Below, in pieces: positions 15,057-26,157 of a stretch of 64,000 nucleotides of DNA. Positions within the stretch are counted from its first letter, which is position 1. The number at the start of each line of letters is the position of its first letter. This DNA comes from Balanoglossus misakiensis. Its lineage: Eukaryota; Animalia; Hemichordata. Below the pieces are notes generated by a model. That model saw nothing but the letters and a program-made list of their open reading frames with translations, searched no databases and was not told the DNA's origin. Both the position numbers and the translations under genes were made by a program. Where the stretch lies: assembly GCA_040954595.2 (NCBI GenBank), contig CM082592.2:6551531-6615530 (forward strand), in the 5' to 3' direction.

Positions 15057-15169
15057 GGCATTCTCCGAACAGAGATTGTAGCGTGGATAATTATAACCTA
15101 GCTGGGGGGTCTGACCGGCAGCCAGTCCCCCCAGCCTAGGTTAGCTACAATCTCTGTACGAAGAATGTC
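15057..15169. mobile_element. 113-bp palindromic hairpin MITE flanked by AAATA direct repeats
   Basis: GGCATTCTCCGAACAGAGATTGTAGC..TAACCTAGCTGGGGGG pairs with CCCCCCAGCCTAGGTTA GCTACAATCTCTGTACGAAGAATGTC. AAATA lies at 15052-56 and 15170-74. Confidence 0.7.
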
Positions 15170-16412
15170 AAATACTGTCTAGGTTTATCTTGCTCTTTGC
15201 TGAAAGTGCCAAACGGCGTCTCTTTCCGACACATTAATGGCATTCATTGAGGACAAGGGGGTCCGTGACAAGAATGAGCTTTCCTGCCTCTTAATCTCTT
15301 AAACGTGTGGTGTATGTTCAGTAAAACGTTTCCAATTTCACGTAATATCTTCGCTGCGTGGCTAGTTTTGTCCAGTTTACGCGTCGGGTGACATTTGCGA
15401 CGCTTTGATCTCTCCAGCCAGACACGCGAACTCGAAAGGCCGAGATTAGCGACATTGTCTGACCGTGTGACGGACCTGTGAAAGCGTTCCTAATGAAATC
15501 TCCGTCCTCCCAGCGGCAAGCGGGATTTTTCTTGTTTGCGCGACATTTCAACAAGCTAATCGACGATACTACCCTAAATGAAATCAAATTAAATAACCAA
15601 AATTCTTTGTTGGCGTTTTATTTTCTTTTTCTGGCTTCCTGCATGCACAGAAACTGAACAAAAGTTTTTCAAAGTTCTGACCAGACGTGATGCAGACTGT
15701 AATCTCCGCTACTATCAGTGCAGAAATAAATTTTCACCAAGCCCCTACGGCAACACAGGGTATTATATAGTGTAGGTTCTTTCCATTTGTGCACGCCGTC
15801 TGTTGAATACGCTATGCCGTTATATCTTCGGGCATTTTAAAAAATGATTGAAGACGCATCTTTTAAAAGTCATTGTATACTTTAGGCAAATATTTTAATC
15901 GTTTTTACCATGTATACGTTTATCTTTTCGGCGCAGATGGGCTGTTTATGCGATGCTGTTTGTGTGATATACATTTATATTAATACTGGTATTACGTTCA
16001 TCTGACGGCAAGTTTAGGAGAAGCATAAGTTTGGAATCTATTTTCTAAATGGACAGATCCTCGCTGCGTGTATAGGTAACGATGAAGTTTTGCTACATAG
16101 CCAATTTGAATTGCAGCCGTGTCGTTTGTTAGCTATTAGACGGCAATCACCGAAAGACAGCGTTAGCATTTTGGCCACATGCGATCTTCTCGACTACTTT
16201 AGATGAGTTTGCGGCATCATGTTACTGTCCGCCAAAGGGCCGCTGCTGAATTTTCATGAGACTGCCGGGTCTAAGGTAAGCTGAGACTAGCAGCAAGGGG
16301 CACATGCACTTTGAGTGCGGGAGTCCAATCAGTGTTTCGGCAGAGAGTACATTTAAAACGTTCAAAAAGCGATACCAAAATACTCGGCCTAAAAAAATAA
16401 TTTATTTATTAA

Positions 16413-16599
16413 AGGGAGATAGTCGCTCACTTTTGGACATTAATGATCGCAGTATCCGTTTGTTATATCTATATACAGCGTGAGATGCATTGTGACAACT
16501 GGTGAGATCACATGTTTCACTTAGTTTAACATGAAAGAAGTCTAAGAAGAAACTATGAAAAAACACAAAATAATGTCAAACATGAGCGACTTTGTCCCT
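16413..16599. mobile_element. Kolobok-like MITE (TTAA TSD)
   Basis: TTAA|AGGGAGATAGTCGCTCAC..TGGACATTA ... TAATGTCAAACATGAGCGACTTTGTCCCT|TTAA. A TTAA TSD with AG..CT ends fits Kolobok rather than piggyBac (CC..GG). Confidence 0.75.
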
Positions 16600-19327
16600 T
16601 TAATAGAAAAATAACCTGCAAAGCAATCTAACAGATCAAGTAACAGACAGACAAGAAAAACAATCCATTAAGAAAAAGCTACCTTCGGAAGAAGAATATA
16701 TTTTTCTTCTAGCGAAAACATAAAAACAACCTTGGATCCCACTTTAATCAAATTAAACAAGCTATGCCTCAAGCATCAACATCTTCAATATCAATAACCA
16801 TTTTTTAATACATCTGAAGATCATGACGCGGCCAGTTGAAGCTTAAGCAAATGTTCGCTTTCAGATACGTGCCGAATAAACCTCAAGCAAAACATGCATT
16901 TTCCAACCGGTAAATATTCTTGAAACTTGCTAGACGGCAGATTACTGATTCAAAAGAAATTCTCTGCCCATTTCTGCCTGCTGAGTTAGCAGTGCACAAA
17001 AACAGAACACCGCGCTCTTTGAAAATGCACATTTTTCTTTGGACTCACAAATAGGCCAGACTGTTACCGACTGTTGTCATAGTAACCTAGATTATGTAGT
17101 TCTTCATTTTGTTGGACTCGTAATTTACACATCATTCAAACGTTATGTAGTAGCTCCTGTGGGTCAACAACCCCCTACTGGCATTTTCTGGTGGTTTTCT
17201 TTTGTTTTGTTGATTCCTTAATGTTGTAGTGTTTTTGTTTAAAGTTTTTTTTTCCGCCGCGACTACCCAGTAAGTGTACAGGCGACAGTACTGGAGGTCT
17301 TTGATTTTGGCCTCGCATTAACTAAATGTCACGTTTTGGCACCAGGAAACACTTGACACATTCTGTAAACCACCATTCTCGCAAATTCGACGTCAGTTTT
17401 GAAACCGATCTTAGCGGGGATAAAAGGGCAGGAAATTACTCTGAAGAACGGACTTCCTCGAGTTCAGGTAGGCGATCAAGGCGGAGATACACCGTCTACG
17501 TTCAAAAGCCTCCTCTGTCGTTTCGTGTTTCACCTCTGACCCCCACACGTCGAAATCTGCAAAGGAAACTCACGACCGAACGTAATAGATAGCTGCTGGG
17601 CGACACACAGACAAACGCGCGGTGACTGGTTATTTCCCCACGACTTCATGCCTGGCGATTCTTTTTGCCTTGAGATGCTCAACTCCGATCGAAAATCAAT
17701 CTTTTAGAGTTTTTTCTCCGAAAGCAAGTGGTTGAAGTGGATATTCAGCAAGGCGTCGTGATATTTAAGTGAAACAATACAGATGACAACCTGCAGTGAT
17801 ATATGTCATTACCCTCTCTACACAGGTGAATTCCACAGATTGTATTTTAAATATTTACTCCTCCTTTCTTCGTCGTTTCTTTAGTCTGTCTCAACTACGA
17901 ACGATACACGAGTCTCCGAACTTCTGACATTCGGAAGACGAGCTCTTTACAGACATTGTAAAAGAATTAAACTATTTTGTCAATGATTTCATTATAACAA
18001 AATTATACATCGCGTATTGAATTACAAATATCCATTTGTGGACATGAAACAACTGGGTTGTATATGTATCTCCGCTAAACCTACAAGGAAACCAGTGATT
18101 TTTTTTTCTACAAACCCGTTGTTGGACGTCGTGTTTTCCTGCGCTCTGACTGCAGTTCAGCCGATAGATGGGGACTTGTGTCATCTTAAGAGCCGAATTA
18201 CTCCCCCCTGATATAACTTCAGAATACCCTAATTGTACGAATCACCGCGCAAATTGAAACTCATACATATGAACATCGACCGTGGAGTTTCTTGACTTCA
18301 AAGAGCTGAACGTTACAAACCCAACTAGACAGGCGTGTTGAAGCCAGCTCCTCAGCCTCAATTTACCAACAGCTTATGCATATTACTGTAATCGTAGCTG
18401 TAACCAATCTCTACTCCACGTTCCCCGGAGGCGCCGCGGCAGCGAGCGAGCGAGCGAGCGACTCGGGGCCTGGGTTTCAATTCTCTCTGATAAGTCTATA
18501 ATTTGTCACTCCGCCGGCCTTGATATTCCCGTTCTCCCTGCCAATTACCGTTAAATCACGCCGAAGCCCTGAACTAACCGTGGTGATAACGAAGATTGTT
18601 GCTGATCTGAAAATTTTAAAACCCGGTGTGCGCTTTTTGCACAAACCTGCACATCTGAAGAATAAAACAACAGCACTGCGATGTGCTAGAGTCGCACCAG
18701 CCTTTTAAATGAACTTCAACAATTTGAAACGGGTTGATCGTGATTATACGCATATATGTTGAAATTGTAAAAGAGAAATCTTTTCAACGTGTTATGGGAC
18801 TACTGAATAACAATCCTAAACAAACTTTGTCATTTTTAGACGTTTTAGTTTGCGGATATCTGTTTAACATCATGTTTTTTAGACAGTTCCCAGTTTACTC
18901 CTGACCTACCTACAAGGTACCGTGATGTGGTACACGGCATCCCAGCGGACTTGTCTCGGTAATGAAGAGGGCAATTAGCCACCGATCATCGCTATCAGAA
19001 CGGAAGGGTCATCATATTCTAATAAGCCGGTAAATGAGGTCTGAGAGTATCTTTGCCATATACACAGGAAGTTGTGGTTAGGTATCGCCAGGGAATTGTC
19101 AGTACTTGCAGCCGGGGGGGGGGGGGGCATATCGGGTTATTAATAGTCACTATGAAAGGCAAAATGTACACTAGGAGATAAATTTACAACGGATAGGATT
19201 TCATTTTTTCTGGTTTGCGGATTGGTTATGCTGATTTCCTTCAGAGATATGCCAGTCAAAGTGCTCGGGGTTGACTGCAGTGACCCTGTATGAGCATAAC
19301 CTAAAACGAAGGAAACCGAAGGAAACC

Positions 19328-20170
19328 GAAGGACACTGATTTTTCCATATTTTAGTGCGAAGGACACGGTTTTCTGTATGCTAGAGGCCGAAGGACTGGT
19401 TTAGCTTCGAATTAAACGCCGAAGGACGGGTGTAGCTCCGTAATTTTGGCCGAAGGAAAGCGAAGGACGCTGATTTATCCGTATTTTAGTGCGAAGGACG
19501 TGGTTTTCTCTATGCTGGGGGCCGAAGGACTGGTTTAGTTCGGTAATTAAAGCTTAAGGACGGGTGTAGCTCCGTAATTTTGGCCGAAGGAAACCGAAGG
19601 ACACTGATTTTTCCATATTTTAGTGCGAAGGACACGGTTTTCTGTATGCTAGAGGCCGAAGGACTGGTTTAGCTTCGAATTAAACGCCGAAGGACGGGTG
19701 TAGCTCCGTAATTTTGGCCGAAGGAAAGCGAAGGACGCTGATTTATCCGTATTTTAGTGCGAAGGACGTGGTTTTCTCTATGCTGGGGGCCGAAGGACTG
19801 GTTTAGTTCGGTAATTAAAGCTTAAGGACGGGTGTAGCTCCGTAATTTTGGCCGAAGGAAACCGAAGGACACTGATTTTTCCATATTTTAGTGCGAAGGA
19901 CACGGTTTTCTGTATGCTAGAGGCCGAAGGACTGGTTTAGCTTCGAATTAAACGCCGAAGGACGGGTGTAGCTCCGTAATTTTGGCCGAAGGAAAGCGAA
20001 GGACGCTGATTTATCCGTATTTTAGTGCGAAGGACGTGGTTTTCTCTATGCTGGGGGCCGAAGGACTGGTTTAGTTCGGTAATTAAAGCTTAAGGACGGG
20101 TGTAGCTCCGTAATTTTGGCCGAAGGAAAGCGAAGGACGCTCATATCTCCATATTTTAGGGCGAAGGGAA
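19328..20170 (+). repeat. Left-arm tandem array: 134-bp monomers alternating A/B (268-bp dimer x3)
   Basis: GGACACTGAT recurs at 19331, 19599 and 19867 (period 268). The variant GGACGCTGAT lies at 19465 (offset 134). Monomer = 4x31 + 10 bp. Confidence 0.95.
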
Positions 20171-20178
20171 GCCAGTAA

Positions 20179-20957
20179 GGTGCGGAATTGCGTTTTATCG
20201 TTTTTAGAAAGTTTAGCTACAAGTGTAGAAAGCTAAATTAGCTGTAGCTAAATAGTTCTAAACTATCTAAGTTTTAAGGATAATTATCACTACGATAATT
20301 ATCGCTTTCTAAATATCGTTCTAAATTTATAAATTAGCCACAGTTTAGAAAGCCTCCCCCCCGACTAAAATTTTCTGCCGACGATATAAGTGCTGTATTT
20401 CCATTCCAATATTTGCGGAATTTTCATGTATGATTTCAATTGGTGCATTTCAATTTCAATATTTGCGGACGGGAGAATGTTGGGAATCGTTTATTGCCCA
20501 AATCAAGCCTTATCTCAAAACTCCTCTCAGTTTATTGAGATATGGGCTTCGTTTGTATGACACCATTGTTCTGTGCAACGACTGAAGTCTCAGGTTAATC
20601 AATGTCTTAACACCATTGTTCTACCATTATGAGGTGTTGTAAAATGTCAGAGTTAGAACTTCGACTATATATACTGTTAAAATAAAACAAAGATCACATT
20701 TGACTTCCCACCGAAGTACTGGCCATCCCGTCTCTCTCTTCATTCCAAGCATACTTCCAAAGTGTACGCCGTACATTTGTAAACGCCCAAGTAGTCCAAC
20801 TTTCTAAACTGCTGCTAGTTTAGAAAGTTTAGAACGATATTTAGAAAGTGATAATTATCTTGAAAAAAGCCGTGTTTATCATTATTAGCTAAATTAGCTT
20901 CCTTAGGCAATACATGTAGTTTAGAAATGCCCCTTCAATAAGACACAATTCCGCACC
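20179..20957. mobile_element. PIF/Harbinger (Tourist-like) MITE nested in the foldback element
   Basis: TAA|GGTGCGGAATTGCGTTTTA ... TAAGACACAATTCCGCACC|TAA gives a 3-bp TAA TSD (20176-78, 20958-60). There are imperfect subterminal inverted repeats of ~170 bp. Foldback modules resume at 20961. Confidence 0.85.
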
Positions 20958-21014
20958 TAACTCAGGAAAGCGAAGGACAGTGATTCTCCATATTTTAGGG
21001 AGAAGGACATTAGT

Positions 21015-21266
21015 ATCCATCTCTCTGTATCTCGGAACTAGGATATCAATAGTGTGATCTTGTGTTGAGATCGTTTTTTGTCAGTTGTTTTTCATTTCCA
21101 GTTCATGGAACGTAATGTCGGCTATTCCCGGTGAAGCATTTGAGCCCATGGTACAACTGCATGTTTGCTTGTAGAATTTGTTGTTTAATTCAAAAGTATT
21201 GTTACGTAGAATTAGTGATAGCATTTCTATGAGGTATGTTTGTTTAGATTTGTTTCGTGTAAACAT
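21015..21266 (-). pseudogene. Decayed Penelope-like reverse-transcriptase fragment
   Basis: The ORF-track peptide LIEMLSLILRNNTFELNNKFYKQTCSCTMGSNASPGIADITFHELE fits the RT motif F.FN..FY.Q..G..MGS..SP..A as seen in Penelope-like elements. Downstream, the minus strand reads AGA TAC AGA GA- GAT GGA (~21034-21017), which is RYRDDG with a 1-nt deletion. A stop and frameshifts are present. Confidence 0.75.
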
Positions 21267-21360
21267 GACACTCTACTTAAGATCTCGACATTGATATCAG
21301 TAACTCTGGTCAGACGTGTACTAGCTGACGCCAAGTCTCTGATAATCGTGAGAGAATCGT

Positions 21361-22120
21361 GTCCTTCGCCCTAAAATATGGAAATATGACTGTCCTTCCT
21401 TTTCCTTCGCCCTAAAATATGGAAATATGACTGTCCTTCCTTTTCCTTCGCCCTAAAAAATGGAAATATGACTGTCCTTCGCTTTCCTTCGCCCTAAATT
21501 ACTGAGCTACACCTGTCCTTCGGCCTCTAGCATACAGAAAACCTCGTCCTTCGGCCGAAAATAGGGATAAATCAGCGTCCTTCGGTTTCCTTCGCCCTAA
21601 ATTACTGAGCTACACCTGTCCTTCGGCCACCAGCATACAGAAAACCACGTCCTTCGCACTAAAATACGGATAAATCAGCGTCCTTCGCTTTCCTTCGGCC
21701 AAAATTACGGAGCTACACCCGTCCTTCGGCGTTTAATTCGAAGCTAAACCAGTCCTTCGGCCTCTAGCATACAGAAAACCGTGTCCTTCGCACTAAAATA
21801 CGGATAAATCAGCGTCCTTCGCTTTCCTTCGGCCAAAATTACGGAGCTACACCCGTCCTTCGGCGTTTAATTCGAAGCTAAACCAGTCCTTCGGCCTCTA
21901 GCATACAGAAAACCGTGTCCTTCGCACTAAAATACGGATAAATCAGCGTCCTTCGCTTTCCTTCGGCCAAAATTACGGAGCTACACCCGTCCTTCGGCGT
22001 TTAATTCGAAGCTAAACCAGTCCTTCGGCCACCAGCATAGAGAAAACCTTTTCCTTCGCACTAAAATATGGAAACAACAGTGTCCTTCAGTTTCCTTCGG
22101 TTTCCTTCGGTTTCCTTCGT
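21361..22120 (-). repeat. Right-arm tandem array: 41-, 103- and 134-bp units of the same modules, inverted
   Basis: 32 TCCTTC cores counted between 21362 and 22113, all 31 or 10 bp apart. 103-bp units start at 21485 and 21588; 134-bp units start at 21691, 21825 and 21959. Confidence 0.95.
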
Positions 22121-22646
22121 TTTAGTCTCACCCAGTGTATGGCTTAGAATTCGTGCCAACATGCCGCGGGTCTAAACGACCGCGTCGTAACACTCAATAC
22201 GAGAAAGAAAAATCGATAGGACGAACGGATTACATCGTTACACACCCTGACTTCTGAAAAACCGCGTCTATTGACACGGGCCGTCACAGCTCGCGCGGCG
22301 CTCGTCGGGGTCGATTTTCATCGGACGTACTCCGAGAGTTGATTAAGTGTCTGCAACGATTTTTTGATGACAATCGAAATCGCAATCGGTGGCCGAGGCG
22401 ATTTTTCACGACCCGTCGTTGACGCGGGTTTGTGACGAGAGCGGCATTCTGTATGCCGTGGCGCATCCCTTGATAGAACTGTCTGTCTGTCGGAGAATAG
22501 CTGACGACCGAAGAAAAATTAAGGCATAACTATAGATGGAGCGCAGAAAATATATAAGACACGCTTAGCCTAAATAAGATATGCTTGCCACACATAGACA
22601 CAAACCAGTCACTTGCACACGCGCTTGCACATACAAATTACATATA

Positions 22647-22814
22647 CATCCATCCATCCATCCATCCATCCATCCATCCATCCATCCATCCATCCATACA
22701 TACATACATACATACATACATACATACATACATACATACATACATACATACATACATACATACATACATACATACATACATACATACATACGTACATACA
22801 TACATACATACATA
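22647..22814. repeat. Compound microsatellite (CATC)n(CATA)n
   Basis: Read directly: CATC run to ~22694, then CATA run to 22814. Confidence 0.98.
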
Positions 22815-25800
22815 CTATTAAGAAGTCGCATAATCGCTATAGTAGGCTAATCATTTATTGAATGCGAACCTTACCGGCATTTCGTGCGGAATGATAGGTA
22901 TTAAATATCCCTGTTAACCCATTAAATGGGCTCTGAAAAAAGTGGGACGCTCACGGTGATAATTTGACGTGACGAATATTCCAGAGCGGTACTTTGGGCC
23001 GCATGTCTCTTCAATATCGCCGCCAAGGTTGCGGTCCTGTCGCGTTGCTTCAGTTGCCTATACCACGTGAAGCGGACGAACGGAGCTTTCATCAGCGACT
23101 CACCAGGGAGTACCGTTTGCCTTCTCTGTTGGATGGATATGGTCGTGTTGACCGATTTAGGACAAAGGCGCATACGTTGTTTTTTACAGATACAATTTAG
23201 TGAAGCTTTTGATATTTTCCCCTGAATTTTTGGTCTGTGTACAGTTAGCGGCAGTTTCTGTTGTCGACGGTCGCTATTCTTTGGCATGTTAACATCTGTG
23301 CGTGTAGGATAAAATCTCATTGGCGGCGCCTTTTCACGTACAGTTGCTTTTCATGGCTAAGTTTCGCGCTAAAATTGTGTCATGTTTTATTGACCCATTA
23401 GGAGACGCACGTCTGCTGGTTGCCACACTTTCACCCACGGACAGCTCAATATTTCAGGCAGATCTGTCGACAACGACACGGCTTATATAGCGAATAAGGT
23501 GTAATATCGAGGCAATAGACGTAAATTTGAATGACATCTTGTGAAAGGGAAACGCATAAAAACGGCGCTGCGCAGGGCTTTAACGTGCAGATGACAACTG
23601 AGCTTAAAGACCGGATTAAATTCACTCGTCATCGTTAACAACAATGCACGATAAATCCACTGGACGTTTCAGCATGCTCTTGCGAGTAAAATTAGACAGA
23701 ACATAAGATACTGTAAAAAACAGAACAACCTCGAAGATACTGTTTCTTTCCTGTTACTGGTATCGTTTGCCCGGTAGTGCGGGCACCCTCGGGGGAAATG
23801 CGTATCCCCAATGCGTGTTCCCAAAATAACGACAAGGGCTGTTTTTTTTCTCTTGTTGTTCATTATCACTGTGCATGAAAACGAGGAAAGAGGATAATCT
23901 TTTCTATAAAAAACAACCTTACCGAACAGACACGCCAAACTCACATAGAAGTAAAAAATATTACCCTCTTATTTTCAAACTGGTTCTAACCAGTCCAGGC
24001 GCTGTCCTAGATTTTGTCAACCTGGGATTCTTCAAGTTCTTAGTCTAATTTTCTCCTATATTTCTCAAAAGGCATATTTTGTTGAAAGGTTTAAGAAAAA
24101 AGTGTACAACCACATCCTGTTCATCGGGCACGAATACCCGTTTCCCGGGTTGACACCAAAGGATCGTCTGCTAAAAGTACGAGTTCAGCCGAAGAATCTC
24201 TGACAATAATCTGGCTAAATTAGAATTACAGCGACATTTAGGCCTGTTCAATGACGCAAAAATTGACATGCGCGGCCATAAACGGTTATTTTTTCACCAT
24301 TATTGTGAATCAGGAAACTTAATGCCATCAAAGAATCCCATTGCATGGCACCTCCTGGTAGAAAAATGTTCGATGACATATGATGAGGTATACCACGTAC
24401 TGTACCAACTCTCTGTTTTCAAAACGAACGACCATGGTAGGATTCTTAATGTTCGACATGTGAAGAAAAATGAAAGACGGTTGATCGAATGGTGCTGCTG
24501 GCAGTCGCGGAGACAACGGAAATTAGACGCTGATCATTTACGCAAGAAAAATCGATTTTGTACGACTGCCAAGACCGCACGACGCACTTATGCTCGATTA
24601 GAAAACAACAACATATTACATGTATTCAATACATACCTCTGTGCAGTGCGTTGCCGTGAAAAGGGATGGTGCACCTCTCCTTCCTTCGACCGTACGTCGA
24701 GTGTTGCCTACGCCACAGTCCCTCTATGACATCTGCGTTTTCATTCAACTGTGTGTTGTTGTTGGCAGTGAACTTATGAGGGCGCCTGGTATGGATGCGC
24801 GTTCGCAGCGCGCTCTCTCCCTGTCGCGCGCGGCGCTTGTCGCGTAAACCGCGCGTCTCTAGTCTAAACGACCCCGAGGCCTGTACGTCAAGACATCCGT
24901 GGCCTGTGAGACTCTATGCACACTGAGCCTCGCCACTGTAAATTACACCGCGAATTTTGTTACTTTGCGCTTGAGTAGCATTGATGTAGCCTATATAAGC
25001 TAAATGTGAGACTGTGCTGTTTTCCTTCAACGCCCCTGCGACACAGTATATCACAATCAGGCGAAGGCCACAAATGGTCGTCACCGCAAAACGCGACAGA
25101 ATTTCAATTAGTGTAATTTTCGCGCCGAAAGGAAATCTTGCACTTAAACATGCGTCAACAACAAGTGCGGCACAAGTTTGTGCGTAATTAATGTCTCCCA
25201 AGACACACGAACAAGGCCGAGGGGCAAAGCAAACATGTAGCGAAAACTAACGATCAAAATCGATAGTGGGCATAACGGATGTTTCCAATCAACGTGAGCG
25301 CTGACACTAATGCGTTCGCATCTCCGTGCATTTTCGCCTTATAGACAGAAGACGGTGTAAAACACGTTTTTCTCCTGTTGACGGTGTTTAAACGATTGAC
25401 CCTTGAGAAACATGGTCCAAACAAGGCTACCCCAGTCTTGTTTGGTGTCGTCCCATCGTTGAGGGCGCACAGCCCAACGACACACCATCAACAGGTGGTT
25501 TCCACACCACATGTACGGCCGCGGAGCACTGCGCACTCCTTTCAAAATCGCACCACAACATTTCTAAATATCGGAATTTTCGACCGGATAAACGAGGTGA
25601 GACAATGGCCACATGCACGTTGACTGAATTACCGAAGAGGCTGGAAGAACTGTGAATATACAGACAAGAGATGTGGTAAACAACAAGCCCGTAATATTCT
25701 GGCCATGCGCTGACCTACAGTTTGTGTGGAAAGTGTTTACTGTGCCAAATTCAACGAACACTCGGCGGACGGACGAAGGAAAGGGAGGCGTGCCTTCTAT

Positions 25801-26151
25801 TTTCATGCCAACGCACTACATAGAGGTATGTCGTGATTTAAATCAGATTACAATGATGAAATTTGTGTGATATAATTTCCATCAAAAGCGTTTCTGTCGG
25901 TAACTACTACACATGTATATCTTTGCAATACCACGGGGCAAAGGGTTGCTATTGTTTACCACTTGAGGGCGCTGTCACTGGTATACGATTATTATATTCT
26001 CTCATACACTGCATGCCAAACCCCATGGAGCTTGCGACACAGTGTTTATTAATATTAGTAAAAGCGTTTTAGAAAGGGACTGAGTGAAACTTGGGGCAAT
26101 TTAGTATCCTACAAGACAGACAGACAGCCAAAAATTCATTTTTCATACAGC

Positions 26152-26157
26152 TTTATT
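26152..26157 (-). terminator. Probable distal coronin poly(A) signal
   Basis: AATAAA on the minus strand is followed by GU-rich GGCTGTCTGTCTGTCTTGT and coincides with the CpG boundary. An alternative AATAAA lies at 27071-76. Confidence 0.6.

Larger units (their letters stand above)
19301..22125. mobile_element. Foldback-type (FB/MULE-like) non-autonomous element with ~0.8-kb modular inverted arms
   Basis: The left end CTAAAACGAAGGAAACCGAAGGAAACCGAAGG (19301) is the reverse complement of the right end CCTTCGGTTTCCTTCGGTTTCCTTCGTTTTAG (ends 22125). Arms span 19301-~20170 (resuming 20961-21010) and 21361-22125 and are made of 31- and 10-bp GAAGGA modules. The flanks ACCCTGTAT|GAG (19283) and CTC|ACCCAGTGTAT (22130) may be an imperfect TSD. 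The superfamily assignment is inference. Confidence 0.85.

Noticed and set aside
19308-22118. CRISPR-like pattern (constant GAAGGAC plus ~24-nt variable spacers)
   Set aside because: The core is only 7-8 bp, the spacers are four recurring types, the arrays are inverted, the context is eukaryotic and there are no cas genes.
22565-22861. ORFs with MYVC/IHTY/MDGW repeats
   Set aside because: Translations of the (CATC)(CATA) microsatellite.
24268-24729. 153-aa ORF
   Set aside because: No recognisable family; compatible with chance.
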